Below, one piece after another: positions 1 to 11,005 of a stretch of DNA of 64,000 bases (position 1 is the first letter of the stretch; the number at the start of each line of letters is the position of its first letter). The stretch comes from a virus: the IMG/VR virus record IMGVR_UViG_3300033153_013649, positions 32,001-96,000 of that record; one strand, 5' to 3'. The translations under genes and the position numbers were made by a program. The notes below the pieces were generated by a model. That model searched no databases. It saw only the letters and a program-made list of their open reading frames with translations, and had not been told where the DNA came from.

Positions 1-2
1 TT

Positions 3-2531
3 GGTCAATTATTAGGATACAATAATACAACAAATACTTGGGATGTTTGGATCTATCAAGGGAAAACAATTTCTGTATCTGATAATTTATCTGTTGTAGA
101 CGGAATCGGAGAAGGAACAGTATCTTCAATTTCTGGGGTAGTTTATAATATTAGAAGAACTGGAATAGAAGACAATCTTACCAGAGTAATTATTAATGAA
201 ACTTATGGAAATTTCAAAGGACAGTTAGCTGATTCTACAAAATTAGATTATCTTAAAAAATATCGTTTTAGAGTAAGACAACAAAACGACAAAGGATGGT
301 CGCTTTGGTCAAATTCTATAACCCCTGATCAGGGAACTAATTTTTATGAATTAACAACTACGTTTGCTCCCCCAATTAGACCAGTTCCCTTAAGTCCTGG
401 AATAAGCAATAGAGATGAACAAAGTCAACTCCCTGATGTTGATGAAAATAATATATCCTTACCAGAATGGTATAAAGATTTATATGGAAATACTATAAAG
501 GTTAGAAGAATTAATCCTAATCCAATATTAATTGGATCCAAATATCAAGGTGATGGAGAATCTAAATTATTATTTGCTCATTTTCAAATAGCATCTGATA
601 ATTTATTTGAGAATCTTGCTTGGGAAGGACAAAGGGTATATGGCAAAGATAAAAATCTTTATCAAATAGCAGTTAATACTGCTAATGGAACATTTTTTAC
701 TTCTACTCTTGATGATCAAGAACGATTGAATTATGAAGGAATATATTATTGGAGGGTTCGCCATTATAATGAAGCTGGATGGTCTGATTGGTCAGAAAGC
801 GCTAAATTTCAAGTTTCAAAATACAGAAAAGAAATAAAATTTACTGCCAATATAAGTAAAGAACTTACTCATTTGATAGATAGATTTGTTCATCCAAGAA
901 TACAGAATAAAAGCGAAACTTTTACAGCTTTTATTAATACTTGGCTTAAATTTTTGGATCAATATTCTCATCAATTTATTTTCAATATTTCTGATTTCCA
1001 TAATTTAGGTAAATTTTCTAGAATGACAGAAAATTATTTTGATTGGGATGAATCTATAAAGGATGCTAATTTTAGAAATTATATGTCTGAAGAAGCTCTC
1101 GAAAAATTCAAAACTATATTCGATGGAGAAATCAATCCTGAAATTCTTAGATATTTTCGAGAACTTAATTCTAGAAAAGGTTCAGGATTTTCAATTCAAT
1201 TACTTCTTAAACTTTTAGGATTTGATGTTATAGTTGAACCTATATCTCAATTAACATATAAAATAACTTCTACTGAAGGCAAATTTAGCTCAAAAGAAAA
1301 TATTGAAAAGGTAAATCAAGTAATAGATCTTTTTCATCCTTCGGGAATGAGAAGAATAATGTTTAATGATTTACTATTACCTATTTTTAAATTGAGACAT
1401 AAATTCTATGAAGCTCATCTTACTTATTTTCATTATCAATTAAATGCTGGGTGGGATTATGTAATAATTGAAGTTGATGATATTATTTCTCCTGACTCGA
1501 ATTTTCTTGAAATAGGAGATACAGTAACAGCTCAAAACGGAGCAACAGGTACAGTAATTAATGTTGATTCTCAAAGAAGACCAATTATACAATATGCAGC
1601 TGGAAGTAAATTATTTTCTGCTTTTAAAGAAACTACCTTAACTCTTGGCGGAGCATTTACTGGAGCTTCAAGAGGAGATTATGTAGTGCAAGAAACATCT
1701 GGAGCAATCGGTCAAATTATATATGGAGAAAGTACAACAAGCCTCAAAGTAAGATATGTTGGAACAGATTTCAACGGATCAGATAATATCAGTTTGAGCA
1801 AGATTTATAATGAGAATGTTGAATATAAAACAGTTTCAGATTCTTCGATTTCTGTAAATGCTAAAATCGATCAAGGTTCTTCTTATTCTTCTGGGCATGC
1901 AGAAATAATTGCCATAAGAGGAGGGGGAACGGTTGGAGCAATCGGATTCAAGAATCAAACTGCACCTGGAGCATCAGAATATCAATTTTCTGTAGTACCA
2001 AAATTCTTCTGGAATAAGAAAACTTATGAATTATATGATCTTCATAAAGATATTAATGAAGGATGGCATGGATTTAGTACTCCTGAAGATCTTGCTCATG
2101 TTCCAATTGAAGATTTTGAAAATCTTTGGCCAGAAGATAAAAAAATGATGGTAACTCTTGTTTTAGATGATGATATTTCCGGATTATCTGAAGGAGAAAC
2201 AGTAGTTCATGCTAATATACAATCCTTAGATGATCCAAACGATTTTGATTTTGAAAAAACCGGATATGTAAATAAAATTTATACAGAAAACGGCGAGTCT
2301 TTAATAGATGTATATTATCCAAATAATAATTCTTATAATTATCATGATTGGACTGTCGCTTATGAAGATGAAGAAACATCTACTAAGATTCCTAATATTC
2401 ATGAAGGAACAACGTTTGATGCAGAAGATCCAAATATTCAGTCTATTTTAGAAGTAAGATTTCCTCATGAAAGGATAGATAAAAAGGTTTCTTTTCACAT
2501 TCAAAGACCAAGTTACAACTTACAAGAGTAA
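3..2531 (+). CDS. Baseplate wedge protein, gp7-like, 5'-truncated by the window edge
   Basis: The frame is open from position 3, so the track start at 726 is internal. It has two FN3-like motifs (YRFRVRQQNDKGWSLWS, YYWRVRHYNEAGWSDWS) and a gp7-like 'NSRKGS...FHPSGM' segment, and it precedes a gp8-like gene. Confidence 0.65.
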   Translation, partial: GQLLGYNNTTNTWDVWIYQGKTISVSDNLSVVDGIGEGTVSSISGVVYNIRRTGIEDNLTRVIINETYGNFKGQLADSTKLDYLKKYRFRVRQQNDKGWSLWSNSITPDQGTNFYELTTTFAPPIRPVPLSPGISNRDEQSQLPDVDENNISLPEWYKDLYGNTIKVRRINPNPILIGSKYQGDGESKLLFAHFQIASDNLFENLAWEGQRVYGKDKNLYQIAVNTANGTFFTSTLDDQERLNYEGIYYWRVRHYNEAGWSDWSESAKFQVSKYRKEIKFTANISKELTHLIDRFVHPRIQNKSETFTAFINTWLKFLDQYSHQFIFNISDFHNLGKFSRMTENYFDWDESIKDANFRNYMSEEALEKFKTIFDGEINPEILRYFRELNSRKGSGFSIQLLLKLLGFDVIVEPISQLTYKITSTEGKFSSKENIEKVNQVIDLFHPSGMRRIMFNDLLLPIFKLRHKFYEAHLTYFHYQLNAGWDYVIIEVDDIISPDSNFLEIGDTVTAQNGATGTVINVDSQRRPIIQYAAGSKLFSAFKETTLTLGGAFTGASRGDYVVQETSGAIGQIIYGESTTSLKVRYVGTDFNGSDNISLSKIYNENVEYKTVSDSSISVNAKIDQGSSYSSGHAEIIAIRGGGTVGAIGFKNQTAPGASEYQFSVVPKFFWNKKTYELYDLHKDINEGWHGFSTPEDLAHVPIEDFENLWPEDKKMMVTLVLDDDISGLSEGETVVHANIQSLDDPNDFDFEKTGYVNKIYTENGESLIDVYYPNNNSYNYHDWTVAYEDEETSTKIPNIHEGTTFDAEDPNIQSILEVRFPHERIDKKVSFHIQRPSYNLQE

Positions 2532-2548
2532 ATTTTATATTATAAATC

Positions 2549-2556
2549 TATAAATA
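2549..2556 (+). promoter_or_regulatory. T4-type late promoter TATAAATA
   Basis: Exact gp55 consensus upstream of structural gene 2608. The octamer can occur by chance in AT-rich DNA. Confidence 0.5.
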
Positions 2557-2607
2557 TTAATACAAAAAGAGAGTTTAAAACTAAAAAAAAACATAAGGAT
2601 TTAAAAT

Positions 2608-3360
2608 ATGGCTTCAAATTCATTGAATACTGTACAGCTGAACAATGCTCTTGCTAAAAGATTTTATGAAGATTATAAGAGTGTAGATGGAGTAGGGCAA
2701 ACAACTCTTATTTATATGGGATTTTTTCAAAACGTTCAAGCTGTTACTGATCTTAATAATTGGAACACCTGGGCAAATTCAAGTAATCCAGCTGGAGTAG
2801 TACCATCTATAACAGATGCTGAATATAAAACATATTTTAACACAAATTCTGATTCATGGAGAAATAAACTTCTTTATATTGCAGGATGTACTGGAATAAA
2901 AATGGTTGAAAAAGATGCTGCTGGATCTATTATTTACGGCGGTCAAAAATGGGAAGAAATATCCTCTTTTGATGAAAATGAAAATACTGTTGGAGATGAG
3001 CCAAGATACATTTGGTTTGAATGTGATCTTAAATTTTTTGATGATCAACTTGCTGTAAATGCAAATATTGGGTCAGGGGAAGAAAGTATTATTACGGGAC
3101 TAGTTCTTTATAAATGCAAAGTTGATTCAGGAGGGGCACCTGTAGCGGCTTCTTTTACTGGATGGACGGATGTTAATTATGATTCAGGAGGTACTGATTT
3201 TAAATATAAGACCATCGATTCTGTACAAGAATCTGATGTTGCTTATGACCCAGTTGATATATCTGATGCTAATCTAGTGCCAATTTATCAAAATACTTTT
3301 TCTGCTTTAGAAAGAAGTGATATATTGAATACTCGTTTTTCTATTATAATAGAGTTCTAA
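2608..3360 (+). CDS. Baseplate wedge protein, gp8-like
   Basis: C-terminus IYQNTFSALERSDILNTRFSIIIEF resembles the gp8 family end; it follows the gp7-like gene. Confidence 0.5.
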   Translation: MASNSLNTVQLNNALAKRFYEDYKSVDGVGQTTLIYMGFFQNVQAVTDLNNWNTWANSSNPAGVVPSITDAEYKTYFNTNSDSWRNKLLYIAGCTGIKMVEKDAAGSIIYGGQKWEEISSFDENENTVGDEPRYIWFECDLKFFDDQLAVNANIGSGEESIITGLVLYKCKVDSGGAPVAASFTGWTDVNYDSGGTDFKYKTIDSVQESDVAYDPVDISDANLVPIYQNTFSALERSDILNTRFSIIIEF

Positions 3361-3384
3361 TAGTTTAAATACAGATAAAGGAAA

Positions 3385-3489
3385 ATGTCTATAATTGCCC
3401 AACAAAGACCGAAGACATATTATTTAGGTAAAAATTATTCTTCAGAAATTCGTTCAAATAAAATTTCTGAAACAATGAAAAATAAATAG
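3385..3489 (+). pseudogene. 34-aa NUMOD3-like homing endonuclease remnant
   Basis: Translates to MSIIAQQRPKTYYLGKNYSSEIRSNKISETMKNK, resembling the NUMOD3 motif GKxHSEETKxKIS. It has an AAGGA RBS. Confidence 0.3.
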
Positions 3490-3499
3490 GAAAAAATAA

Positions 3500-6196
3500 A
3501 TGGGAACTTATTCAATTCAAATAACCGATTCGTTTAGTGATTGGGTTACAGCTTATAATAATTTAACAGATCAAGTAGATACTATTAGTTCAGATCTTAG
3601 CTGGAGACCTGCTGTTAGATGTCAAGATAGTGTAAATACGTCTAAACCAACAAATAATCCTACAATAGACGGAGTTACAATTGCACTTAGTGATAGAGTA
3701 TTATTTACTAATTTATCTGGAGGGGAATCAGGGGATAATAATAAAGTTTGGTTAGCAACAAGTAGTTTATCTTCTATTGTTTGGACTTTAGAAACCGACG
3801 GACAAGCTGGAAATGGTGATCCAACTGACGGCGATACTATAGCAATAATCGAAGGAACTGTTTATGGAGATCACACTTTCAAATATACTGGTTCAGAGTG
3901 GGTAGATATTGGTACCTTACTTCCCGGAGCAACTACTTCAAGTCCTGGTGTTGTACAATTATACGATGGTACAGATTCTACTTCCGTAACTAAAGCTCCG
4001 ACTGCTAATATTTTAAAATCCGTAAACGATTCTCTTACTTCCCATACAGAAGCAAGTTCAGGGGTACACGGACTCACAGGAACAGTTGTAGGTACATCTG
4101 ATTCTCAGACATTAACAAATAAAACTTTAACTACCCCTACTATCGGAGATTTTACAAATGCGGGACATACCCACGCAGATACAGCAAATGGCGGAGAAAT
4201 AGATCATGTAAATTTGTTAAATAAAGGATCTAATACTCATTCTGATATTGATACTCATATATCAGGATCAAGTGTACATGGAGTAGCAGGAGTAGTAGTA
4301 GGAACTACTAGCTCTCAGACATTAACAAATAAAACTTTAACTACCCCTACTATCGGAGATTTTACAAATGCGGGACATGATCATTCTAATGCTGCTGGGG
4401 GAGGAACAATATCTTATAATGACTTAGATAATGTTCCAAGTACTTTTACCCCTTCTTCTCATGGAAATTCAGCACATACAAGTACATTTATTACTTCTAG
4501 TAGTGTAACTTTCGAAACTTTAGATGGAAATAATGATGTCGGTACAGGTTCAAGTCAAGTTGCACAAGGAAATCATTCGCATAGTCAATTACATAATAGA
4601 TCTCATTTAATGACTTCAACTTCAGATCATTCAGCAACTAATTGGAGGATGTTTTATTCTGATGGATCGGGAGAGATTCAAGAATTATCATTTGGAACTA
4701 ACGGTTATCGTTTAACTTCTAACGGCCCTAGTGCTGCTCCTACTTGGGAATCTGTTGCAGGTGGACATACTCAATTACATGCAATGACTTCAACTTCAGA
4801 TCATTCAGCAAATAATTGGAAATTATTTTATTCTGATGGATCCGGGGACGTCCAAGAATTATCACTTGGAGCTAATAATACCTTTTTAAAAGGGGAAGGA
4901 ACTACTACTTCTCCAAGTTTTGGAGCTATAACTGCAGCTGAATTACCTTCTCATGCACATACCTCATCTTCAACAGGAGGAGATTTTGCATGGGCTGATA
5001 TAACTGGATTCGGTACAGAACCAGGAGCAGTCAGTAGTTCTACATCTGGACAAGCAGGAACTGCTACTACAGTATCTCGTTCAGACCATAATCATGATTT
5101 AGGAACACATGCTCATACTGGAGCTACTAATGGAGGACAATTAGTTGCTACTACAGCAATAACTGCTGGTAATTGGAAAATTTTATATACAAATGATAGT
5201 GGAGCTATAAATGAACTTGCGTTAGGGGCTAATAATACCGTTTTAAAAGGTGAAGGAACTTCTGTCGCGCCAAGCTTCGGACAAATAGATTTTTCAGAAA
5301 TTTCAGGCAGTGTTCCCTCTCATTATCATTCGGGGGGTGATATTACTTCTGGAAATCTTGGATATACTTATATGCCTACCGGTACAGGGACTTGGAATTT
5401 AGGATCCGGACAAACAACTATTCAATCAACAACTTCTGCTCCTGTATTAATACATAGAAATGATACTTCTGCTGATTCTGTTGTCGGAGGATTAATTATT
5501 AGAAAATCAAGATCCAATGGGGTTCATACAGCTGGAGCCGGAGTAGCTTTAAGCTTTTCTTTAGAATCAGGATCTGAAGGTTTTTATAGATCAGCAGGAA
5601 AAATTAGTGCTGTATCTACAAATATATCAAGCACAAGTGTAACTTCTAAACTTGTATTTTCGGTTAATGATACTGCTACAGAAATAGATGTAGTTGAATT
5701 TACTAGAGTTGGAGATATTAATCTTCTAAAAAATCCTGCTACAATCCATTTTGAAGGAGAGGGAATAATTAATAATGGATCTTCAAGTAATCTAACTTTA
5801 GATCCCGGTGGAGGAAGGGTTACTCTTGCCGTTGGAGTAGACCTCTATATAAGTAATGCCGGATCTTTAATGTTTGAAGGAATAAATTATCTAAAAAAAG
5901 GATCGGGAAACGAAATCGAAGTTTATACTAATAGTGCATTAGCAGCAACAATAACAGGAACAGGAATTGATCTACCCTCTAGTGACGATCATATTAAATC
6001 ATCCGGAGGAAACTTAAAACTTATAGCGAACACCCAAACTTTAACTATTAATTCAACAGGATCTATAGGATTACCAGTACTTTCAAGTGCTCCGGGTACC
6101 CCTTCAGAAGGGGACATGTATTATGATTCAACAGACGAAACAGTTTATGTAAGAGGATCTTCTTCTTGGATTAATTTAGGGGGTGAACCAGCATAA
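3500..6196 (+). CDS. Tail fibre / receptor-binding protein
   Basis: 898 aa, Ser/Thr/Gly-rich, with many HxH motifs, repeated [11 protein letters not shown] blocks and the fibre repeat [11 protein letters not shown]. Confidence 0.8.
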   Translation: MGTYSIQITDSFSDWVTAYNNLTDQVDTISSDLSWRPAVRCQDSVNTSKPTNNPTIDGVTIALSDRVLFTNLSGGESGDNNKVWLATSSLSSIVWTLETDGQAGNGDPTDGDTIAIIEGTVYGDHTFKYTGSEWVDIGTLLPGATTSSPGVVQLYDGTDSTSVTKAPTANILKSVNDSLTSHTEASSGVHGLTGTVVGTSDSQTLTNKTLTTPTIGDFTNAGHTHADTANGGEIDHVNLLNKGSNTHSDIDTHISGSSVHGVAGVVVGTTSSQTLTNKTLTTPTIGDFTNAGHDHSNAAGGGTISYNDLDNVPSTFTPSSHGNSAHTSTFITSSSVTFETLDGNNDVGTGSSQVAQGNHSHSQLHNRSHLMTSTSDHSATNWRMFYSDGSGEIQELSFGTNGYRLTSNGPSAAPTWESVAGGHTQLHAMTSTSDHSANNWKLFYSDGSGDVQELSLGANNTFLKGEGTTTSPSFGAITAAELPSHAHTSSSTGGDFAWADITGFGTEPGAVSSSTSGQAGTATTVSRSDHNHDLGTHAHTGATNGGQLVATTAITAGNWKILYTNDSGAINELALGANNTVLKGEGTSVAPSFGQIDFSEISGSVPSHYHSGGDITSGNLGYTYMPTGTGTWNLGSGQTTIQSTTSAPVLIHRNDTSADSVVGGLIIRKSRSNGVHTAGAGVALSFSLESGSEGFYRSAGKISAVSTNISSTSVTSKLVFSVNDTATEIDVVEFTRVGDINLLKNPATIHFEGEGIINNGSSSNLTLDPGGGRVTLAVGVDLYISNAGSLMFEGINYLKKGSGNEIEVYTNSALAATITGTGIDLPSSDDHIKSSGGNLKLIANTQTLTINSTGSIGLPVLSSAPGTPSEGDMYYDSTDETVYVRGSSSWINLGGEPA
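4103..4378 (+). repeat. 66-bp identical direct repeat inside the tail fibre gene (4103-4168 and 4313-4378)
   Basis: tctcagacattaacaaataaaactttaactacccctactatcggagattttacaaatgcgggacat occurs twice, 210 bp apart. Confidence 0.9.
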
Positions 6197-6255
6197 GCAT
6201 AATCTTAAAAGGTAAATTTAATAAATATATAAAAAACAATAAAGGATAATTTTAA

Positions 6256-6963
6256 ATGAATACAAGAAGATTTTATATAACGGTTGATAGACAAAATGGA
6301 TTTGAACAGTATGCAGATATTAATAATCCAAGAACTACAGCTGTAAAATTCAGAAAAGATCAAATATATTATCTAGCAAAAGAATATGTAAATAGGTTAC
6401 AGGGATATCCTCTTGAAGTTTTTGGATCCGAAAATTTTAATTTATTTAATGATAGTATAAGTATTACAGCATTACATGAATATCCCCCTCTTACACCTCC
6501 TGCGAATCAAACATGGCATATAATTTCTAATAAAGACGAAGAAGTATATAACAATACAGTAGAGATTACTTTAGATGCAAATACTCAAAACATTGAAATA
6601 GGGGACTGGGTTACAGCTGAAAACGGAGCAACTGGAAAAGTAAAAGCCGTTTCAATTTTAAATTTTACAATTGCTTATAATAGCATTGATTTTTCAGAAT
6701 CAGCTGGATCAAATAAATTAACTAAAGGAAGAGTATATGATTCAGGAACTTATGATACAATTACAGATGAAGACGGAACCCCCCCTGTTAAAACTAGATT
6801 TTCAGAATTTGCTGCTGAATTAGCATATTATGATGGAAACGATACAGATAATCCTTGGAGATATTTTCATCCGTTTAGAGGATTTAAAATTGACTGGAAT
6901 TCAAATACTTATATTTGGGGACATGATCTTTCTGATGACTTTAGATGGAGAAAAGAAGTATAA
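6256..6963 (+). CDS. Putative virion structural protein
   Basis: Shares the motif EIGDWVTAENGATGKV with EIGDTVTAQNGATGTV of the gp7-like protein. A late-like AATAAATA lies at 6220. Confidence 0.45.
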   Translation: MNTRRFYITVDRQNGFEQYADINNPRTTAVKFRKDQIYYLAKEYVNRLQGYPLEVFGSENFNLFNDSISITALHEYPPLTPPANQTWHIISNKDEEVYNNTVEITLDANTQNIEIGDWVTAENGATGKVKAVSILNFTIAYNSIDFSESAGSNKLTKGRVYDSGTYDTITDEDGTPPVKTRFSEFAAELAYYDGNDTDNPWRYFHPFRGFKIDWNSNTYIWGHDLSDDFRWRKEV

Positions 6964-8000
6964 AAATGTGTAATATTACGGATAAACTTTCAGATTTAGA
7001 GCAACAATTTGATTTTGCTTCGTTGATTAATCTAATTACGATTGAATTTATAAACACTACTAACATAAGAGATATAAACGACAAAATCAATTTTGCTTTG
7101 GAATTAATAGGAAATCATACTGAAGTTGACCATACTTATATTTTTAAAGTTGAAGACGAAAACGAATATATTCAAAATTTAGATTTATATGAATGGAGAG
7201 CTCGAGGTATCGAATCTTTTACAAAAAAATTACAATATATTTCTAAAGAAGAATGGAAAACCCTCTGGGGGAAAAGAGTTATAAGAAATCCAATATCTAT
7301 AGATGACATAGACGAAGAACTTTCAAAAAGAAAAAAAAATAAAGCAATATGTTCTCTTTTTAAAAAACAAGGAATAAAATCGTTGCTTATAATTCCTTTG
7401 TTTATTAATAATAAATTTTTTGGTTTTTTTAGATTAGATTCTTATAGAAAAAAAAGAATTTGGACAAAAAAAGAAATATCTAGATTATCTGTTATTGCTA
7501 AAATATTTACTGAAGCATTAACTAAAAGGATGAAAATAAAAATAACTGAACAAAAATATAAAAAAGCGAAAGAATTCAATGATTCTATTATCAAAGCGTT
7601 TCCTGACGATATGTTTATTTTAGATAAACACAAAAAGATACTTTGGTCAAACAAAAAAACTCTTTTAGAAAATGATAAAAATAATTTTTTTGAAGGAAGA
7701 TTTGAATTAATAAGAGCAAATTATAATCTAACAACAACAGAAAATAAACAGATTTGTCCTATAACCTTTGTTTTAAAAACAAAAAAAACCTTAGAACTTG
7801 AAATAAAAGCAAAAGATAAACATTTCTGGTATGCTATAACCCCTTGTAATATGAACGAAGAGGTTAAAACCGTATTAGTTATAAGGAGAGACTTTACTAA
7901 TAGAAAAGAATTTTTGGAATTAGAAAAAATGATTTCTCTAATAGAAGAAATAACTAGCACACGAAACAAACTCAATATAACTTTAAGAGAGATAAATTAA
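6945..8000 (+). CDS. GAF + PAS sensory-domain protein with no output domain
   Basis: GAF hallmarks (YEWRARGI, QGIKSLLIIPL...FFGFFRLD...WTKKEI) are followed by a PAS domain (IIKAFPDDMFILD...CP...RRDFTNRK). Confidence 0.75.
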   Translation: MEKRSIKMCNITDKLSDLEQQFDFASLINLITIEFINTTNIRDINDKINFALELIGNHTEVDHTYIFKVEDENEYIQNLDLYEWRARGIESFTKKLQYISKEEWKTLWGKRVIRNPISIDDIDEELSKRKKNKAICSLFKKQGIKSLLIIPLFINNKFFGFFRLDSYRKKRIWTKKEISRLSVIAKIFTEALTKRMKIKITEQKYKKAKEFNDSIIKAFPDDMFILDKHKKILWSNKKTLLENDKNNFFEGRFELIRANYNLTTTENKQICPITFVLKTKKTLELEIKAKDKHFWYAITPCNMNEEVKTVLVIRRDFTNRKEFLELEKMISLIEEITSTRNKLNITLREIN

Positions 8001-8440
8001 TGAAAAACATTACTACTATTCCAGAAGAAGCCCCTCAAAAATATAAAGAACTTATTGAATCTCTTCTTAAAAGTTATAGTGATAACACCGGGGTACTTCA
8101 ATTCATTTTAGAAATGAATAATACTATTAAAGAAATTCTTATCGGAAAACAAGAAAATCTTGATAAGGGAGAACCTGTTGGAGGAATGAAAGCAGATATT
8201 TTAACAATTAAAAAAGCTGTTAAACTTTCCCCTGCAGCAGAAGAAGATAGAATATATACGTATGAAGATCTAGTAAAAGAAGTAAACAAAAATTTAAAAG
8301 ATTTAATTACAGAAAAAATTTCTGAAATTCTCAAAGAATTAAAAAGAAAAACCCCCTGGAAGGACAAAATGACTTTATTAAAAGATATAATAATATCTAT
8401 AGGAATTATTATATCTATAATATTTAATTGGATTAAATAA
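8000..8440 (+). CDS. Coiled-coil protein with a C-terminal transmembrane helix (holin-like candidate)
   Basis: Hydrophobic C-terminus IIISIGIIISIIFNW; lies near the endolysin. Confidence 0.35.
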   Translation: MKNITTIPEEAPQKYKELIESLLKSYSDNTGVLQFILEMNNTIKEILIGKQENLDKGEPVGGMKADILTIKKAVKLSPAAEEDRIYTYEDLVKEVNKNLKDLITEKISEILKELKRKTPWKDKMTLLKDIIISIGIIISIIFNWIK

Positions 8441-9249
8441 TGAATTTTTTTAAAAACTTAAAAAATCTTGCTATTACCTCATTGATAATTATAATAACAA
8501 TAACAATTTGGCAATGGAATAATTCAAATAATAAAAAAGATGAACAATTATTCGAAGCTAACTTAAAAACATCCCAGATCTTAGCAGAAAACGATACTTT
8601 AAAATTAAATAACAATAAATTATTCGAACAGCTTATTTTCATTGAAAATGATAAAAATCGTTTAGACGAAGATTTAGGTAAACTAAAGGGGAAAATTGAA
8701 GGGCAAATTCGACAAATTACTAAATTAAAATTTGAAGTATTAAAAGCTAATGGTACAATTAGTGGATTAATAATATCAAGAGATTCTCTCAGAGAATTTT
8801 ATGATCGTCAAGGTAACTTATTAACAATGTTTAGAGAAACTTTTGATATTTCTGATTCAACAGAATTTTATAATTTAATACAAAAACTAACTATTACTGG
8901 AACTAATAATGAAATAGATCATATAGATAATGAATATAGTCTTAAAATGAAGCCTTTTGATTTAGTCTTAGTTACTTCAAAAATTGATAAATATATATAT
9001 AAAATAACTGCATCAGCTCATGATTTTTATAAATTAAGAGACGCAAGTACGATAATTACAATTGAGAATCCTTATGAACCAACTTCTTTCTGGAAAAGAT
9101 GGAATATCGGATTAGGAATTGGAATTTCAGGATTTAATCAAAACGCGTATGGAATCGGGGGCCTTAAATATCAAAAACATTATTTCGGTATAACATACGA
9201 CGGAAAAAACAAAGGAATACAATATATGTATTTTTTGAAAAAGGAATAA
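8440..9249 (+). CDS. Membrane-anchored coiled-coil protein (spanin-like candidate)
   Basis: N-terminal TM, a coiled coil, and C-terminal Gly/aromatic amphipathic beta-strands. Confidence 0.4.
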   Translation: MNFFKNLKNLAITSLIIIITITIWQWNNSNNKKDEQLFEANLKTSQILAENDTLKLNNNKLFEQLIFIENDKNRLDEDLGKLKGKIEGQIRQITKLKFEVLKANGTISGLIISRDSLREFYDRQGNLLTMFRETFDISDSTEFYNLIQKLTITGTNNEIDHIDNEYSLKMKPFDLVLVTSKIDKYIYKITASAHDFYKLRDASTIITIENPYEPTSFWKRWNIGLGIGISGFNQNAYGIGGLKYQKHYFGITYDGKNKGIQYMYFLKKE

Positions 9250-9256
9250 CAAAAAA

Positions 9257-9832
9257 ATGAAATCATTTAAAGAAACATTAAGTATTTTAGAAAATACTGA
9301 TAATTCTGATATTCTTTGGGAATGGACATCAAAAGCTAAAGATGTTTGGCTAAAAAAGAACAAGGATGCTTCATTTACAACAACTAAGGTAAGGGATACT
9401 TTTCTAATTTCTTGTGGGCCTCTTGAATATTATTATGATGGTATATGGAAAGGAAAACACGGAGCTTTTAAATTAGCAGCAATCGATGCTACTAAACCGA
9501 AAGATCTGCCAAAGGATTTTAATACCTTCTTTTCAATGCTTCAAAAAAAATATAATGATATACGAAGAGAAATGGAAAAGGGAACAGATTTAGCATTTAA
9601 TAAAATCTCTAAATATATAAAGAAAATGGAAAATAATGAAGATTTAAGAATAATTAAAGAAAAGGGACCGAGGGAATATCCTCAGGTAGTAGTATTTCTA
9701 AATAATAAATCAATATATGCAACAAATGGAACAAATTATATACAAACATTAGGAAGAGGCATTCCTAGTTTTAAAGAATTTTCTGATATTATAAAGATAA
9801 AAAGATTTAAAAGTGAATTCGGAAGAGTATAG
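9257..9832 (+). CDS. Hypothetical protein, possible internal head protein
   Basis: N-terminus MKSFKETLSILE resembles T4 capsid-targeting sequences. Confidence 0.4.
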   Translation: MKSFKETLSILENTDNSDILWEWTSKAKDVWLKKNKDASFTTTKVRDTFLISCGPLEYYYDGIWKGKHGAFKLAAIDATKPKDLPKDFNTFFSMLQKKYNDIRREMEKGTDLAFNKISKYIKKMENNEDLRIIKEKGPREYPQVVVFLNNKSIYATNGTNYIQTLGRGIPSFKEFSDIIKIKRFKSEFGRV

Positions 9833-9843
9833 AAAGAAAATTT

Positions 9844-10470
9844 ATGGAAAAATTTACCTCTAATTTTTTTGGAAATCCCTTAAGCTCAGTTTTTCATGAA
9901 TTAAATCTTTATGATTATAGCAAAATTGATGAAAAAAAGCCACCTCTATTTTATACCCCAGATGACCCCGAATATGAAATTTCTTATGCTTTTCATAAAG
10001 AAAATAATCCGGATTATATAAGTGAAAATTTTGATCTTAAAGAATTTTCGGTTTCAGCAGATTTTCCAGAATTAGCTAAAAAACAAAAGTTTACTCCAGA
10101 ACAAGAAGCTACAATAAGAAAATTAGTTATCGAATTAATTCAACCTATTAGAACTTTTTTTAATGAATGGGTATCAGTCCTTTCTGGACTAAGGCAAGAT
10201 GACTTAAATACAGCAGTAAAAGGTTCAAAAACATCAGATCATAGACTTGGGGCAGCTGCCGATATTACTTCTCTTAAAATACAATATGACCCAGAATCAA
10301 CTGCTTGGGATTTATGGAAAAATCTAGGATTGAAAGACAATATGCATTTAAAGCAATTAATATTTTACAAAAAGAAAAGATTTTTACATGTTTCAATTAA
10401 TAATCCTAATAGTAGAACCAGACATGAATTAATAGATTGGGATGGAAATAGAAAGGTAGTTGCAACATAA
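9844..10470 (+). CDS. Peptidase M15A (D-Ala-D-Ala type), probable endolysin
   Basis: Motifs SGLR...N.AVKGSKTSDHRLGAAADI and FLHVS. Confidence 0.8.
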   Translation: MEKFTSNFFGNPLSSVFHELNLYDYSKIDEKKPPLFYTPDDPEYEISYAFHKENNPDYISENFDLKEFSVSADFPELAKKQKFTPEQEATIRKLVIELIQPIRTFFNEWVSVLSGLRQDDLNTAVKGSKTSDHRLGAAADITSLKIQYDPESTAWDLWKNLGLKDNMHLKQLIFYKKKRFLHVSINNPNSRTRHELIDWDGNRKVVAT

Positions 10471-10966
10471 AATGCCAGCAACAATAATTGTTCCAAATAT
10501 AAATAGTATTTTCGAAATAGCTTTCGAAAAATATCCAGAATTAGCCAATCAAATTATTGAAGTAGCTATGCCGGGAATTAGCATAGATCCTACCGATTTT
10601 AGAGTAAAAGAATTTAGAATCCGACAATTACCAACTCAAAATGAACCAACGAAAGAAGAAATGACAATTACCTTTAATGCTGATGAAAATTTTGATAACT
10701 ATTATACCATTTATACATGGATACGCTCAGGTACGCGTGGGGGTATGGGAATACATGCAAGAGATCTAGATTCGGATATTATTCTTACATTAACAGATTT
10801 AAATAAACGTCCTATAATGAAGCTTGTTTATAAACATTGTTTCCCAACTAATCTTTCTGAAATGCCTTTAAATACTCAAGACGAAGGAAACACCCCGTTA
10901 AACTTTACAGCAACCTTTGTAGTAAATGATATTTTAATAACTAGATTAGACCCCAGTTTAAAATAA
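10460..10966 (+). CDS. Tail completion / tube-fold protein, gp3-like
   Basis: VAMPGISI...MTITFNADENFDNYYTIYTWI...YKHCFPTNLSEM matches the T4 gp3/gp19 fold pattern. Confidence 0.65.
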   Translation: MQHKMPATIIVPNINSIFEIAFEKYPELANQIIEVAMPGISIDPTDFRVKEFRIRQLPTQNEPTKEEMTITFNADENFDNYYTIYTWIRSGTRGGMGIHARDLDSDIILTLTDLNKRPIMKLVYKHCFPTNLSEMPLNTQDEGNTPLNFTATFVVNDILITRLDPSLK

Positions 10967-10975
10967 AAATAATTG

Positions 10976-11005
10976 TTGACAAAGTATAATTAAATTTGGT
11001 ATATT
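10976..11005 (+). promoter_or_regulatory. Sigma70-type promoter
   Basis: TTGACA-N18-TATATT. Confidence 0.65.

Noticed and set aside
726-728. Track start codon of the first ORF
   Set aside because: The frame is open back to position 3, so the gene begins before the window.
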